From IMG/VR virus record IMGVR_UViG_3300042308_001371, positions 1 to 64,000 of that record: a DNA stretch of 64,000 nucleotides; one strand, given 5' to 3'. Shown piece after piece: positions 1 through 7,491 of the stretch (its first letter is position 1; every line of letters begins with the position of its first letter). The notes beneath the pieces are model-generated. The model was not told the origin of the DNA and ran no database searches. It worked only from the letters and a program-made list of their open reading frames with translations. Both the position numbers and the translations under genes were made by a program. Source of the DNA: a virus.

Positions 1-86
1 GGCATGTCTCTTGCATCTGCAAGGCCTGTGCCAAGCCAGTGCATGCAAGGCCGGTGCCAAGTGGCCCATGCAAGAACGATGCCAAG
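1..86. promoter_or_regulatory. Tandem array of four sigma-54 (-24/-12) consensus sites
   Basis: 1-15 (+) GGCAT-GTCTC-TTGCA (truncated at edge); on - strand 18-35 TGGCAC-AGGCC-TTGCA, 44-61 TGGCAC-CGGCC-TTGCA, 69-86 TGGCAT-CGTTC-TTGCA; all fit TGGCAC-N5-TTGCW spacing. Confidence 0.8.
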
Positions 87-112
87 CCACGGACGGCTGA
101 GCTGTGCGGCTA

Positions 113-134
113 GGGGGGGGGGGGGGTGAGGGGG
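113..134 (+). repeat. G14 homopolymer plus G-run at the GC-rich/AT-rich boundary
   Basis: 14 consecutive G at 113-126, then TGAGGGGG. Confidence 0.9.
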
Positions 135-198
135 ATAGGAGTGTGGAGTTGAAGGTGAATATGCTCCACAATATATTTCCCACTTTATAGTTAGACTG

Positions 199-399
199 TC
201 ACAATAATTCTTTGATCAACGCAGAGGTAGCTACTTGCACAAGCGTTGGTTGGCTGCTATGCTCATCCCACGTTACAATAGCTTTGAACCCTCTTGACAT
301 GTCCATGTCGTAACCACTAGGAAAAACGCTTCGCTCATGCCAGTCTTTTAATAGCTTAGCATATTCTTCTCCAGTTACCCATTTAATCTTATAATTCAT
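199..399 (-). CDS. Small hypothetical protein, C-terminal tag family (SALIKELL)
   Basis: 66 aa; ATGA overlap with upstream gene; shared C-terminal motif. Confidence 0.8.
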   Translation of the reverse strand: MNYKIKWVTGEEYAKLLKDWHERSVFPSGYDMDMSRGFKAIVTWDEHSSQPTLVQVATSALIKELL

Positions 400-629
400 A
401 ATAACTCCTGCTCTAAGCTACTGAGTTCAGTAATAACCCAGCAATCTGGCACAAACCCAGATAGTCTATAACCGGGATGCCTTACAACTTCGTAAGATAC
501 TAATCCTCCAAACTCGGCATAGGTATTAACCTTACTAGAGATTCTTTTAACAATTATACTAGATTTAAAGCTTGCTGTGCTACCAGAATCAGTATACCAA
601 GTAGCGTTATACCAGACATCTATTTTCAT
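396..629 (-). CDS. Small hypothetical protein, C-terminal tag family (ELSSLEQELL)
   Basis: 77 aa; beta-rich; coupled overlaps. Confidence 0.85.
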   Translation of the reverse strand: MKIDVWYNATWYTDSGSTASFKSSIIVKRISSKVNTYAEFGGLVSYEVVRHPGYRLSGFVPDCWVITELSSLEQELL

Positions 630-871
630 AGTAGCTCAACTTCTAAACTGCTAAGTTCTTCTATTATTTCCCAATCATCTGGGTATAAGTGCATGAAATA
701 TGATTGGTTTAGTAGGTCGTCTCCCATTTTAATAATCTGGGCTTTATAGTAGTATTCGTTATGAGAGTATATCATAGGTTCTTGTATAACTTTAATAGTA
801 TAGATTATTTCATCCCATGGGTCGTATACGGAATTACCCAACTTATATAACTTACCAAGCTTTAGCGTCAC
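626..871 (-). CDS. Small hypothetical protein, C-terminal tag family (ELSSLEVELL)
   Basis: 81 aa; GTGA overlap; LKLGKLYK start resembles SH3/KOW-like small barrels. Confidence 0.85.
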   Translation of the reverse strand: MTLKLGKLYKLGNSVYDPWDEIIYTIKVIQEPMIYSHNEYYYKAQIIKMGDDLLNQSYFMHLYPDDWEIIEELSSLEVELL

Positions 872-1065
872 AGTAGTTCTTGCTCTAAACTGCTTAATTC
901 CATTACAAACTCACAGTATTGTTCAGATATGACCGTGGTAGTTATTTTAGAAATTTGTTTATCATAGATATATACTAAGAAAGCCGCAGGGCCATAGCGT
1001 TCATATGGCTTTACATAGTACTCTCCATGGTAGTGCCATACCTTATACCAGCGATTAAGCTTCAT
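868..1065 (-). CDS. Small hypothetical protein, C-terminal tag family (ELSSLEQELL)
   Basis: 65 aa; AGGA upstream of ATG. Confidence 0.85.
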   Translation of the reverse strand: MKLNRWYKVWHYHGEYYVKPYERYGPAAFLVYIYDKQISKITTTVISEQYCEFVMELSSLEQELL

Positions 1066-1091
1066 ATACTATTTCCTATCTACTTGAAATT

Positions 1092-1337
1092 TCAGAATAA
1101 CTCCCTTCCAAGTCCTGTATTCTTAAAGAAAAATACATGCTTCTCTGCTCTCTTAAACTCTTGAGTTTTAGCAACTTGCCTATAATCCCCATATAATCTC
1201 TGGGTAAGTATTCTTATGTTGGCATCTGCTGTAATTAAATAACTGGAATTATTAAGCATTAACTCAACACATCGTTGGAATAGGATTAAACTAGCCTCTT
1301 CTGTGGATATTGTATTCCAGTTATTGATTATACTCAA
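1092..1337 (-). CDS. Small hypothetical protein, C-terminal tag family (TGLGRELF)
   Basis: 81 aa; TTG start overlapping previous stop. Confidence 0.75.
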   Translation of the reverse strand: MSIINNWNTISTEEASLILFQRCVELMLNNSSYLITADANIRILTQRLYGDYRQVAKTQEFKRAEKHVFFFKNTGLGRELF

Positions 1338-1513
1338 CCTAATTCTCTGCCGAGAGAGCTTGAGTATAAGTTTTTTCTAATACCAGATACCTGCTCAAGT
1401 ACATCTATTATTTCTTGTGCCGACATTCCAACAACTTGCTCATCTAATTCTTCTGTGCATTCAGTATTATTAATAAGATAGTTAATTAATTTAATCTGTT
1501 TGTTATTATTCAT
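1334..1513 (-). CDS. 59-aa protein absent from ORF track, C-terminal tag family (SSLGRELG)
   Basis: Hand translation MNNNKQIKLINYLINNTECTEELDEQVVGMSAQEIIDVLEQVSGIRKNLYSSSLGRELG*; GGGAG upstream; fills the gap exactly. Confidence 0.8.
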   Translation of the reverse strand: MNNNKQIKLINYLINNTECTEELDEQVVGMSAQEIIDVLEQVSGIRKNLYSSSLGRELG

Positions 1514-1514
1514 A

Positions 1515-1871
1515 CTACTCCCTTATTGTTACTGTAAATCCAATAAGTTTTCCATCTTTTATTCTCTTTTTTATAATAAAAGCTCCACCTTGCATGTGGG
1601 TATTGATCAAAACTCCCCTACCCGGAAGATATGGGGCTACTTCTACGTTAGTTTCCCCATCCCCTACTAAGTCAAAGGTTCTATCTAAGGTATTGAAAGG
1701 ATTGAGGGGGTCTACTGGAGTGATGTCTTTAGTCTGTCCTGTAGAAATATCCAGTTCTAATACAGGAGTCTGTGCGAAGAATTGACAATCTCCAATAAAA
1801 AGTACTCCACTATGTATGTTTCCTTTAAGATCCTGCTTTTTTTTCCGTGTTCTTTTAAGTTTAACCGTCAC
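1515..1871 (-). CDS. Hypothetical protein
   Basis: 118 aa; GAGG before GTG. Confidence 0.75.
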   Translation of the reverse strand: MTVKLKRTRKKKQDLKGNIHSGVLFIGDCQFFAQTPVLELDISTGQTKDITPVDPLNPFNTLDRTFDLVGDGETNVEVAPYLPGRGVLINTHMQGGAFIIKKRIKDGKLIGFTVTIRE

Positions 1872-1884
1872 TTGTAACCTCTCG

Positions 1885-2094
1885 TTATATTAATTCTTTA
1901 AGTAAGCTGGGAGGATCGTATATATCTGATGTGTGTATGATACAATATCCCTTTTTATGTAAATATTCAAAAACAAAATCCTCGTCAAAATCCTTTCCTG
2001 TATATATTACATAGCATTTAAAATGTTCTGACCATACAACTTGCCCATGTTTTAGGTCAAATAAGTTTAATTTTTTGCCTTTCTCCTCAAACAT
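1885..2094 (-). CDS. Small hypothetical protein, C-terminal tag family (PSLLKELI)
   Basis: 69 aa; LKHGQVVW KOW-like start. Confidence 0.75.
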   Translation of the reverse strand: MFEEKGKKLNLFDLKHGQVVWSEHFKCYVIYTGKDFDEDFVFEYLHKKGYCIIHTSDIYDPPSLLKELI

Positions 2095-2369
2095 ACAATA
2101 CTACCTTTAATTTTGCTCTTATCGCTAGTAATTTCAATAGCATCTTCCATTGCTTTCTCAACTAACTTCTTACCTACGTGTTCTTTTAGAAAATCTTCAA
2201 AGTCAGAGCTTAAATATTTTTGATTTAGCACCGATTGTTCATATTCCAACTCAATAAACCAATCACTTATCCACTCTTCCAATGCTCTTTCACGCATTTC
2301 TGTACAGTTCCAATGTTTTTGATCGGTCATCCGTGCAATCCTGCGTAGTGCTTGTAGGGCATCTTTCAT
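2067..2369 (-). CDS. Hypothetical protein
   Basis: 100 aa within tightly packed operon. Confidence 0.7.
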   Translation of the reverse strand: MKDALQALRRIARMTDQKHWNCTEMRERALEEWISDWFIELEYEQSVLNQKYLSSDFEDFLKEHVGKKLVEKAMEDAIEITSDKSKIKGSIVCLRRKAKN

Positions 2370-2606
2370 TTACTTAAGCTCCAAAAGAAGGGGGGTTTCT
2401 TTTTTCATATTTTCAATAAACTTAAGATAGTTCTGCTTAGTTTCAGGACTTACTAAGTAAACATAGCCCTTTTCTCCCCCATCAAATACCTCATCAGTCC
2501 ATAAATATGCAAGATTACAACACATATAGGGAGTTGCCTCTACGCTATAACCAGAGAAGTATAGTGTTAAAAACGTTTGTTCGTTAATCTTAATCATATG
2601 TGTCAC
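2370..2606 (-). CDS. Small hypothetical protein, C-terminal tag family (TPLLLELK)
   Basis: 78 aa. Confidence 0.7.
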   Translation of the reverse strand: MTHMIKINEQTFLTLYFSGYSVEATPYMCCNLAYLWTDEVFDGGEKGYVYLVSPETKQNYLKFIENMKKETPLLLELK

Positions 2607-2695
2607 TTTTTACCATTGTGAGTGTACTTTGATGTGTCACTGTGGCACAAACTTAGCTACACTTCATAAAATCATTCGTCACGTATTATAACTGG

Positions 2696-2911
2696 CTATT
2701 CTTCGTCTTTTAGGCCAAAACTTACTGGTCCAAAATTACTTAGATTATAGCTGGTTAATATAGCCTGTGCAAGTTGATTAGCATAGTGACGAATAATAGC
2801 CTCATCTCCTGAGAACTCCCATAATGCAAGCTCTAGAACTACTGTTCCGGGAGTTATCATTACTTTCTTTTGTTTCTTTAATGCTTTGCGTCTAACTTGT
2901 TGTTTTTTCAT
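2696..2911 (-). CDS. Hypothetical protein, first gene of leftward operon
   Basis: 71 aa; AAGG before ATG; TGnTATAAC extended -10 just upstream. Confidence 0.7.
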   Translation of the reverse strand: MKKQQVRRKALKKQKKVMITPGTVVLELALWEFSGDEAIIRHYANQLAQAILTSYNLSNFGPVSFGLKDEE

Positions 2912-3000
2912 TCTACCTTCTAAGGGGGTTATACCACAAATAGGATAATTTGTATAGCTTTGTCTTTAGGTGCGCTTTTGATGCAGGATGCAGAAAAAAG

Positions 3001-3010
3001 CACCCTTATA
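3001..3010 (+). promoter_or_regulatory. Putative late promoter motif CACCCTTATA
   Basis: One of 8 intergenic copies preceding + strand genes. Confidence 0.65.
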
Positions 3011-3057
3011 GTATACGGGGAATTAGCATATGTCTTGCTTTATGCTATATTATAATT

Positions 3058-3312
3058 ATGAAAAAGAAAAGATGGTCTAGTCTAAAAGAAAAGCTATCTT
3101 GTAATAGTCCCAAAAGAACTCCCGGTGAAAATAAGTCGTGGGTAGTTAAGGGTTGTGAGGGTGGAGAGGAGAAGATCGTAAGATTTGGAGATCCTGAAAT
3201 GCCAGACAAGTCATATAACCCAGAACGTAGAAAAAATTTTCGCGCCCGCCATAAGTGTGATCAGAAAAACACTAAACTATCTGCTCGTTATTGGAGTTGT
3301 AAAAAGTGGTAA
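3058..3312 (+). CDS. Small basic viral protein (VRFG...RRKNFRARHKC...ARYWSC family)
   Basis: Motif recalled from widespread uncharacterised phage proteins; start moved to ATG 3058. Confidence 0.75.
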   Translation: MKKKRWSSLKEKLSCNSPKRTPGENKSWVVKGCEGGEEKIVRFGDPEMPDKSYNPERRKNFRARHKCDQKNTKLSARYWSCKKW

Positions 3313-3315
3313 TAA

Positions 3316-4773
3316 ATGGCTAAACCAATAGTAGGTATGGGTGATGATGAGCTTTTAGATTTAATATCTAAAGCAAAGTCCAATGATGATATTCAAAAAA
3401 TACTACTAAATTCCGGTAGGGATCTATCTGATGCACAGGCTTTGAACTCTGATGTGCTAGGTTCTTTAATAGAAAAAAGATTTGGAACAGAAGAAGTAAG
3501 GTCTTCTGCGGCACTTAATGATTACCTAACCAAAATAAAACAATCAGATTATCCTGCATTAGATGAGACCCGAAGACTGCTATATCCAGACGCTAAAGAT
3601 GTCTCAGCTACTTATGGAAAGGGTTATTTTGGAGACGGTACGTTTTATGGAAACCCTACTTTGGAAACTCCTATTAGATTAGGAGGTACTCCTATAACTA
3701 ACGATGATTATACAGATGCTAGAGCAAAAAGAGTTCTTGGACATGAACTATCGCATGCAAATGACTTATTAGCTATTCACTTAAAACGACTTCAAAAAGC
3801 AGATCCCGAGCAATATAAAAAATTAACTGAACGTATTGGAAATATTAGTAGAGGTGGAGAAGCTTTCTTGCAGCATTCTGAAAATATAGCAAATAGATAC
3901 CCAACCGCTGCTGCTAATATGCTTACTCCAGAAAAAGCTGATATTTTAGAATCGATAATTAGAGATCAGTCTCCATCTGTATCTAGGGAAAAACATCTCC
4001 AATTAATTAATAATTATAAAAAAGCATTGACGCAAGAAACGCCCGATTCTCCTGATAAAGCTTTAATGGAAAGGTATATGGGAGTAGATCGCAAGAAAAT
4101 ACCTGATGTTCCGGGAGAAGCTGTACAATTCACTCCAGATAGGGAGTATGTGACTAAGGCCTTGGAGTCTGAATTTGATCCAATAAAAGCAGAGTCTATT
4201 AGGTCTCAAGGTCACCATGCTACTAGACCAGACATAGCGGATGACGTAGGTCATTATGAAGGCAGAAATATTAAAAGGCTCTCTAAAGGGGATGGCTTGT
4301 TAGGAGTAACTGGTCCATTAGGAGCTGCTGTAGAATCAGTAAAAGATCTATATAAAGAAGCTCCTATAGAAGAAAGTTCTAAGCTAGGTAGGCTACATGG
4401 AATTTCCACAGTAGCTGCTAAAGCTTTAGGTCCATTAGCAATTGCTTCTGGAGTTATACCAGTGGCGGCTGACATAAAAGAGGGAAAACCTAATACGGCT
4501 TTAGCTAGAGCTGTTTCTTATGCTGCTCCAATGGGTGCAGAAGATTTAACTGATAAACTTATGCAAACTGCTGATATTAGTGATACTTCCCCGGAATTAC
4601 AAGATCCTGAATATAGAAAGCTTCTAATGCGGATTGGTCAAAAGAGAGTAGAGCGAGGAGGTTCTCCAGTTATTAAAAGTTTCTCCGGAAGAGAAGTAGA
4701 TACATCTAAGACAGAAGATAGTGATTTTTTAAATAGAATTAAGGCACTGCAAGATTTGAAAACACAAGGATAG
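3316..4773 (+). CDS. Putative internal virion protein with HExxH metallopeptidase motif
   Basis: VLGHELSH motif; Gly/Ala-rich hydrophobic C-terminal segment like ejection proteins. Confidence 0.55.
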   Translation: MAKPIVGMGDDELLDLISKAKSNDDIQKILLNSGRDLSDAQALNSDVLGSLIEKRFGTEEVRSSAALNDYLTKIKQSDYPALDETRRLLYPDAKDVSATYGKGYFGDGTFYGNPTLETPIRLGGTPITNDDYTDARAKRVLGHELSHANDLLAIHLKRLQKADPEQYKKLTERIGNISRGGEAFLQHSENIANRYPTAAANMLTPEKADILESIIRDQSPSVSREKHLQLINNYKKALTQETPDSPDKALMERYMGVDRKKIPDVPGEAVQFTPDREYVTKALESEFDPIKAESIRSQGHHATRPDIADDVGHYEGRNIKRLSKGDGLLGVTGPLGAAVESVKDLYKEAPIEESSKLGRLHGISTVAAKALGPLAIASGVIPVAADIKEGKPNTALARAVSYAAPMGAEDLTDKLMQTADISDTSPELQDPEYRKLLMRIGQKRVERGGSPVIKSFSGREVDTSKTEDSDFLNRIKALQDLKTQG

Positions 4774-4774
4774 A

Positions 4775-5185
4775 ATGGATTATAAAGATTGGTTAGCTTA
4801 TAAATCTAAACTCGAAGGCAAGGATCTTTCTGCTGATGAAAAAGATTATGACTTACAGAGTTATTTTAATAATCTAAAGTATAATGATAAGGATTATAAA
4901 CCTAAGCAGGGAATTCATTTAGAGGATACTTATAAAAAGCCAAATCATCCTACGTTTTCTTCTGACTCTATGTATCATATACCCGGTATTCAAGAGGGTG
5001 GGGATTGGTCTTCTAATAGTCAGGATAAATGGTCTTTTAAACCTTCAGAATTAAATTTAAGAAATAAACCTGCTGAACAAATGCAGCAATACTTTTCCGA
5101 ATCAGATCCTAATGCTAATTTAGACTTATCTGAAAAGTCAAATATGGTTAGACGTTCTGCGTTAGATTCAATCCTTAAGAAATAA
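4775..5185 (+). CDS. Conserved phage protein (DTYKKPNHPTFS motif)
   Basis: 136 aa; motif recalled from phage virion-associated proteins. Confidence 0.65.
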   Translation: MDYKDWLAYKSKLEGKDLSADEKDYDLQSYFNNLKYNDKDYKPKQGIHLEDTYKKPNHPTFSSDSMYHIPGIQEGGDWSSNSQDKWSFKPSELNLRNKPAEQMQQYFSESDPNANLDLSEKSNMVRRSALDSILKK

Positions 5186-5195
5186 CACCCTTATA
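5186..5195 (+). promoter_or_regulatory. Putative late promoter motif CACCCTTATA
   Basis: Intergenic, upstream of terminase operon. Confidence 0.7.
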
Positions 5196-5255
5196 TACTA
5201 ATAGACTGTCACATAGATACCAATAGGCTCTAAGTGCTTTACTTATAAGGACATT

Positions 5256-5594
5256 ATGAAAAAATACCTAGATGCATTTCCTGCAGTCTTATTACTCGCG
5301 TTTTTTATTTATATTGCTATTAATCCCATCAGTGCTGGTCCAATTGTTGGCTTTGTGGCATCCTCTGTATTATTTGCTTATCAGCAATACTTATTTAGAA
5401 CTGAGCAACCAGATATTCTTGGAGAGCTTGAACTGCTTCGTAAAGAAACTGATGAGCGAGTTATGAAAATTCAGACTAAGGCTGAAATTGAATTAACACA
5501 GCTTAGAGATGATGTTGCTAAATTTAGTTTAAACATGGCAAGAGTTCCGGGTACACTTGACCGTCCAAAAGATAGACCTAAAGTTCAATTCTAA
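5256..5594 (+). CDS. Membrane protein with two N-terminal TM segments and coiled coil
   Basis: Hydrophobic residues ~7-43, then charged helix. Confidence 0.7.
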   Translation: MKKYLDAFPAVLLLAFFIYIAINPISAGPIVGFVASSVLFAYQQYLFRTEQPDILGELELLRKETDERVMKIQTKAEIELTQLRDDVAKFSLNMARVPGTLDRPKDRPKVQF

Positions 5595-5601
5595 GGATAG
5601 T

Positions 5602-5946
5602 ATGAGCGTATACCACCAACTTGATAATCTTGAAATTGAAAAGCTTAGAAAAAAAGTAGCTGAACTTGAGCTAGAACTATCTAAAGCTCATTCATTACTA
5701 CAGGACAATGATTTATTTGAAGATTTACCTACAATTTCTGATGAAGAAGTAATTTGTGTCAGTGAAATTCATAAGTTAAGAATCGCGTCAGATAATGGAA
5801 TTCTCACTTTAGAGGATGTTAAAGTATTAGATCTACTTGTTAAAAATCTTCTTGCAATTAGAGGAAAGCCAATAGAGGAAAAGAAAGAGAAGAAGAAGGG
5901 TGCTAAATCTGTTGCCGAGCTTCTCAGCATTGTTGATAGAAGATGA
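5602..5946 (+). CDS. Possible terminase small subunit
   Basis: Helical protein overlapping TerL start (ATGA); AAGGA before ATG 5602; positional inference. Confidence 0.45.
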   Translation: MSVYHQLDNLEIEKLRKKVAELELELSKAHSLLQDNDLFEDLPTISDEEVICVSEIHKLRIASDNGILTLEDVKVLDLLVKNLLAIRGKPIEEKKEKKKGAKSVAELLSIVDRR

Positions 5947-7427
5947 GTGAAAAAAAAGAAAGACCTATTTCTAGAGACGAAGCCGTTGTTCAATTATGGG
6001 AGCATGCTGTCTTAGATTATAAATTAACAGAGCCTCAGAAAATTATTAAGAAAGGCATTCTTGAAGATAGTAGTAAGATAAGTGTAGTAATGTGTGCCAG
6101 ACGATTAGGTAAAAGTTATTTAGCTTTATCTATGGCAATAGAGGCATGCCTAAAAGTTCCTGATACTATTGTTAAGTATGTGTTTCCTAAACAAAAAGCT
6201 GCTAAGAAAAACATTATTCCAATAATGAAAACTATTTTGGAAGATTGTCCAAAGCATTTACGTCCTATATTCATGGCGGCTGATCTACTGTATAAATTTC
6301 CAAATGGAAGTGAACTGCAAATGGCTGGTTCGGATAACGGTAACATCGAAAGTATTCGAGGTGGTAACTCTAGTTTAAATATTGTAGATGAGGCTGGATT
6401 TTGTGATGATTTAACATATGCAGTTAGATCTGTGCTTGCTCCAACTACAAAGCTAACGCAGGGTAGAACAATTCTAGTTTCAACCCCTTCAAGGTATGAA
6501 GATCACGAGTTTGTACAGGATTGGGCTTTAAAGTATCAAGCAGAAGGTCGTATTAGAGTATTTACTATTTTCGACAACCCGCAATTTACAGAAGCAATTA
6601 TCAAAGACGCTTTGGATGATTACCCAGATGGTGAGAAAGATCCGGGCTTTAGGCGTGAGTATATGTGTGAAATTGTAAGAAGTGCAGATACTTCTATTCT
6701 ACCTTCATTCAGTTCTGACGTTGAAAAAGTTATCGTAAGATCGGATTATCCTAGACCTATATTCTATGACTCCTATGTTTCTATGGATATTGGGGGATCT
6801 GACTTAACAGCTGTTTTATTTGGATATTATGATTATCTAAATGCTACTACTGTAATTGAAGATGAGCTTATATTTGGTAAAGAAGTAAATACAAAAGCAG
6901 TCGCAGAAGCAATAAGAATAAAAGAATCTCAATTATGGAGGAATACAATAGACGAAAGTGTAATTCCACCGTATCTAAGAATTGCTGATAACAACAATTT
7001 AATTATGTTAACAGACTTACAAAGAGATCATGGGATAACTTTTATCCCAACTAGAAAAGATAACAGGGAAGCTGCTATCAATGCTTTAGACGTAGCATTA
7101 TCTCAGCATAAGGTAGTAATTCATCCTAGATGTACTCATACCTTGTATCATATGAAATTTGCTAGGTGGGATAAGAATAGAAGAAATTTTTTAAAGATTA
7201 AAGATTCCCCCTCAGGTCAAATTAAGGGTGGACACGCGGATGCCCTAGCTGCTATAATCTACTTACATAGGAATATAATAAAAAGTAAAAATCCATACCC
7301 AGTCGGATATGGAGATATTTCTGGATCTGGCGTATTTACATCTCAGCTTAAAAAAGATGAATCAAAAGACAAGTCTGTGAAATCATGGCTATCTAGTATG
7401 GTTTGGAGAAAAGATAGCACTAAGTAG
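5943..7427 (+). CDS. terL: Terminase large subunit
   Basis: Walker A ARRLGKS, Walker B IVDEAG, motif III VSTP, nuclease SMDIG and HADALAA. Confidence 0.95.
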   Translation: MSEKKERPISRDEAVVQLWEHAVLDYKLTEPQKIIKKGILEDSSKISVVMCARRLGKSYLALSMAIEACLKVPDTIVKYVFPKQKAAKKNIIPIMKTILEDCPKHLRPIFMAADLLYKFPNGSELQMAGSDNGNIESIRGGNSSLNIVDEAGFCDDLTYAVRSVLAPTTKLTQGRTILVSTPSRYEDHEFVQDWALKYQAEGRIRVFTIFDNPQFTEAIIKDALDDYPDGEKDPGFRREYMCEIVRSADTSILPSFSSDVEKVIVRSDYPRPIFYDSYVSMDIGGSDLTAVLFGYYDYLNATTVIEDELIFGKEVNTKAVAEAIRIKESQLWRNTIDESVIPPYLRIADNNNLIMLTDLQRDHGITFIPTRKDNREAAINALDVALSQHKVVIHPRCTHTLYHMKFARWDKNRRNFLKIKDSPSGQIKGGHADALAAIIYLHRNIIKSKNPYPVGYGDISGSGVFTSQLKKDESKDKSVKSWLSSMVWRKDSTK

Positions 7428-7457
7428 TTGATTATTCAGCGTATCATTTGCATATAG

Positions 7458-7467
7458 CACCCTTAGT
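7458..7467 (+). promoter_or_regulatory. Putative late promoter motif variant CACCCTTAGT
   Basis: Intergenic, upstream of portal. Confidence 0.6.
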
Positions 7468-7491
7468 TAATAGAAAAGTAAAGGAATTTAC

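Noticed and set aside
18-86. CRISPR array from the 18-bp repeats
   Set aside because: Linkers are only 7-8 nt, repeat centres vary and no cas genes are present; the sigma-54 consensus explains the conserved bases.
199-1065. Integron attC-like or DNA recombination sites at gene ends
   Set aside because: Repeats lie within coding sequence, vary synonymously, are not palindromic, and no integrase was seen.
2950-3057. N-terminal extension of the 2950..3312 ORF
   Set aside because: Overlaps the divergent promoter region and late motif; the recognisable family sequence begins at ATG 3058.
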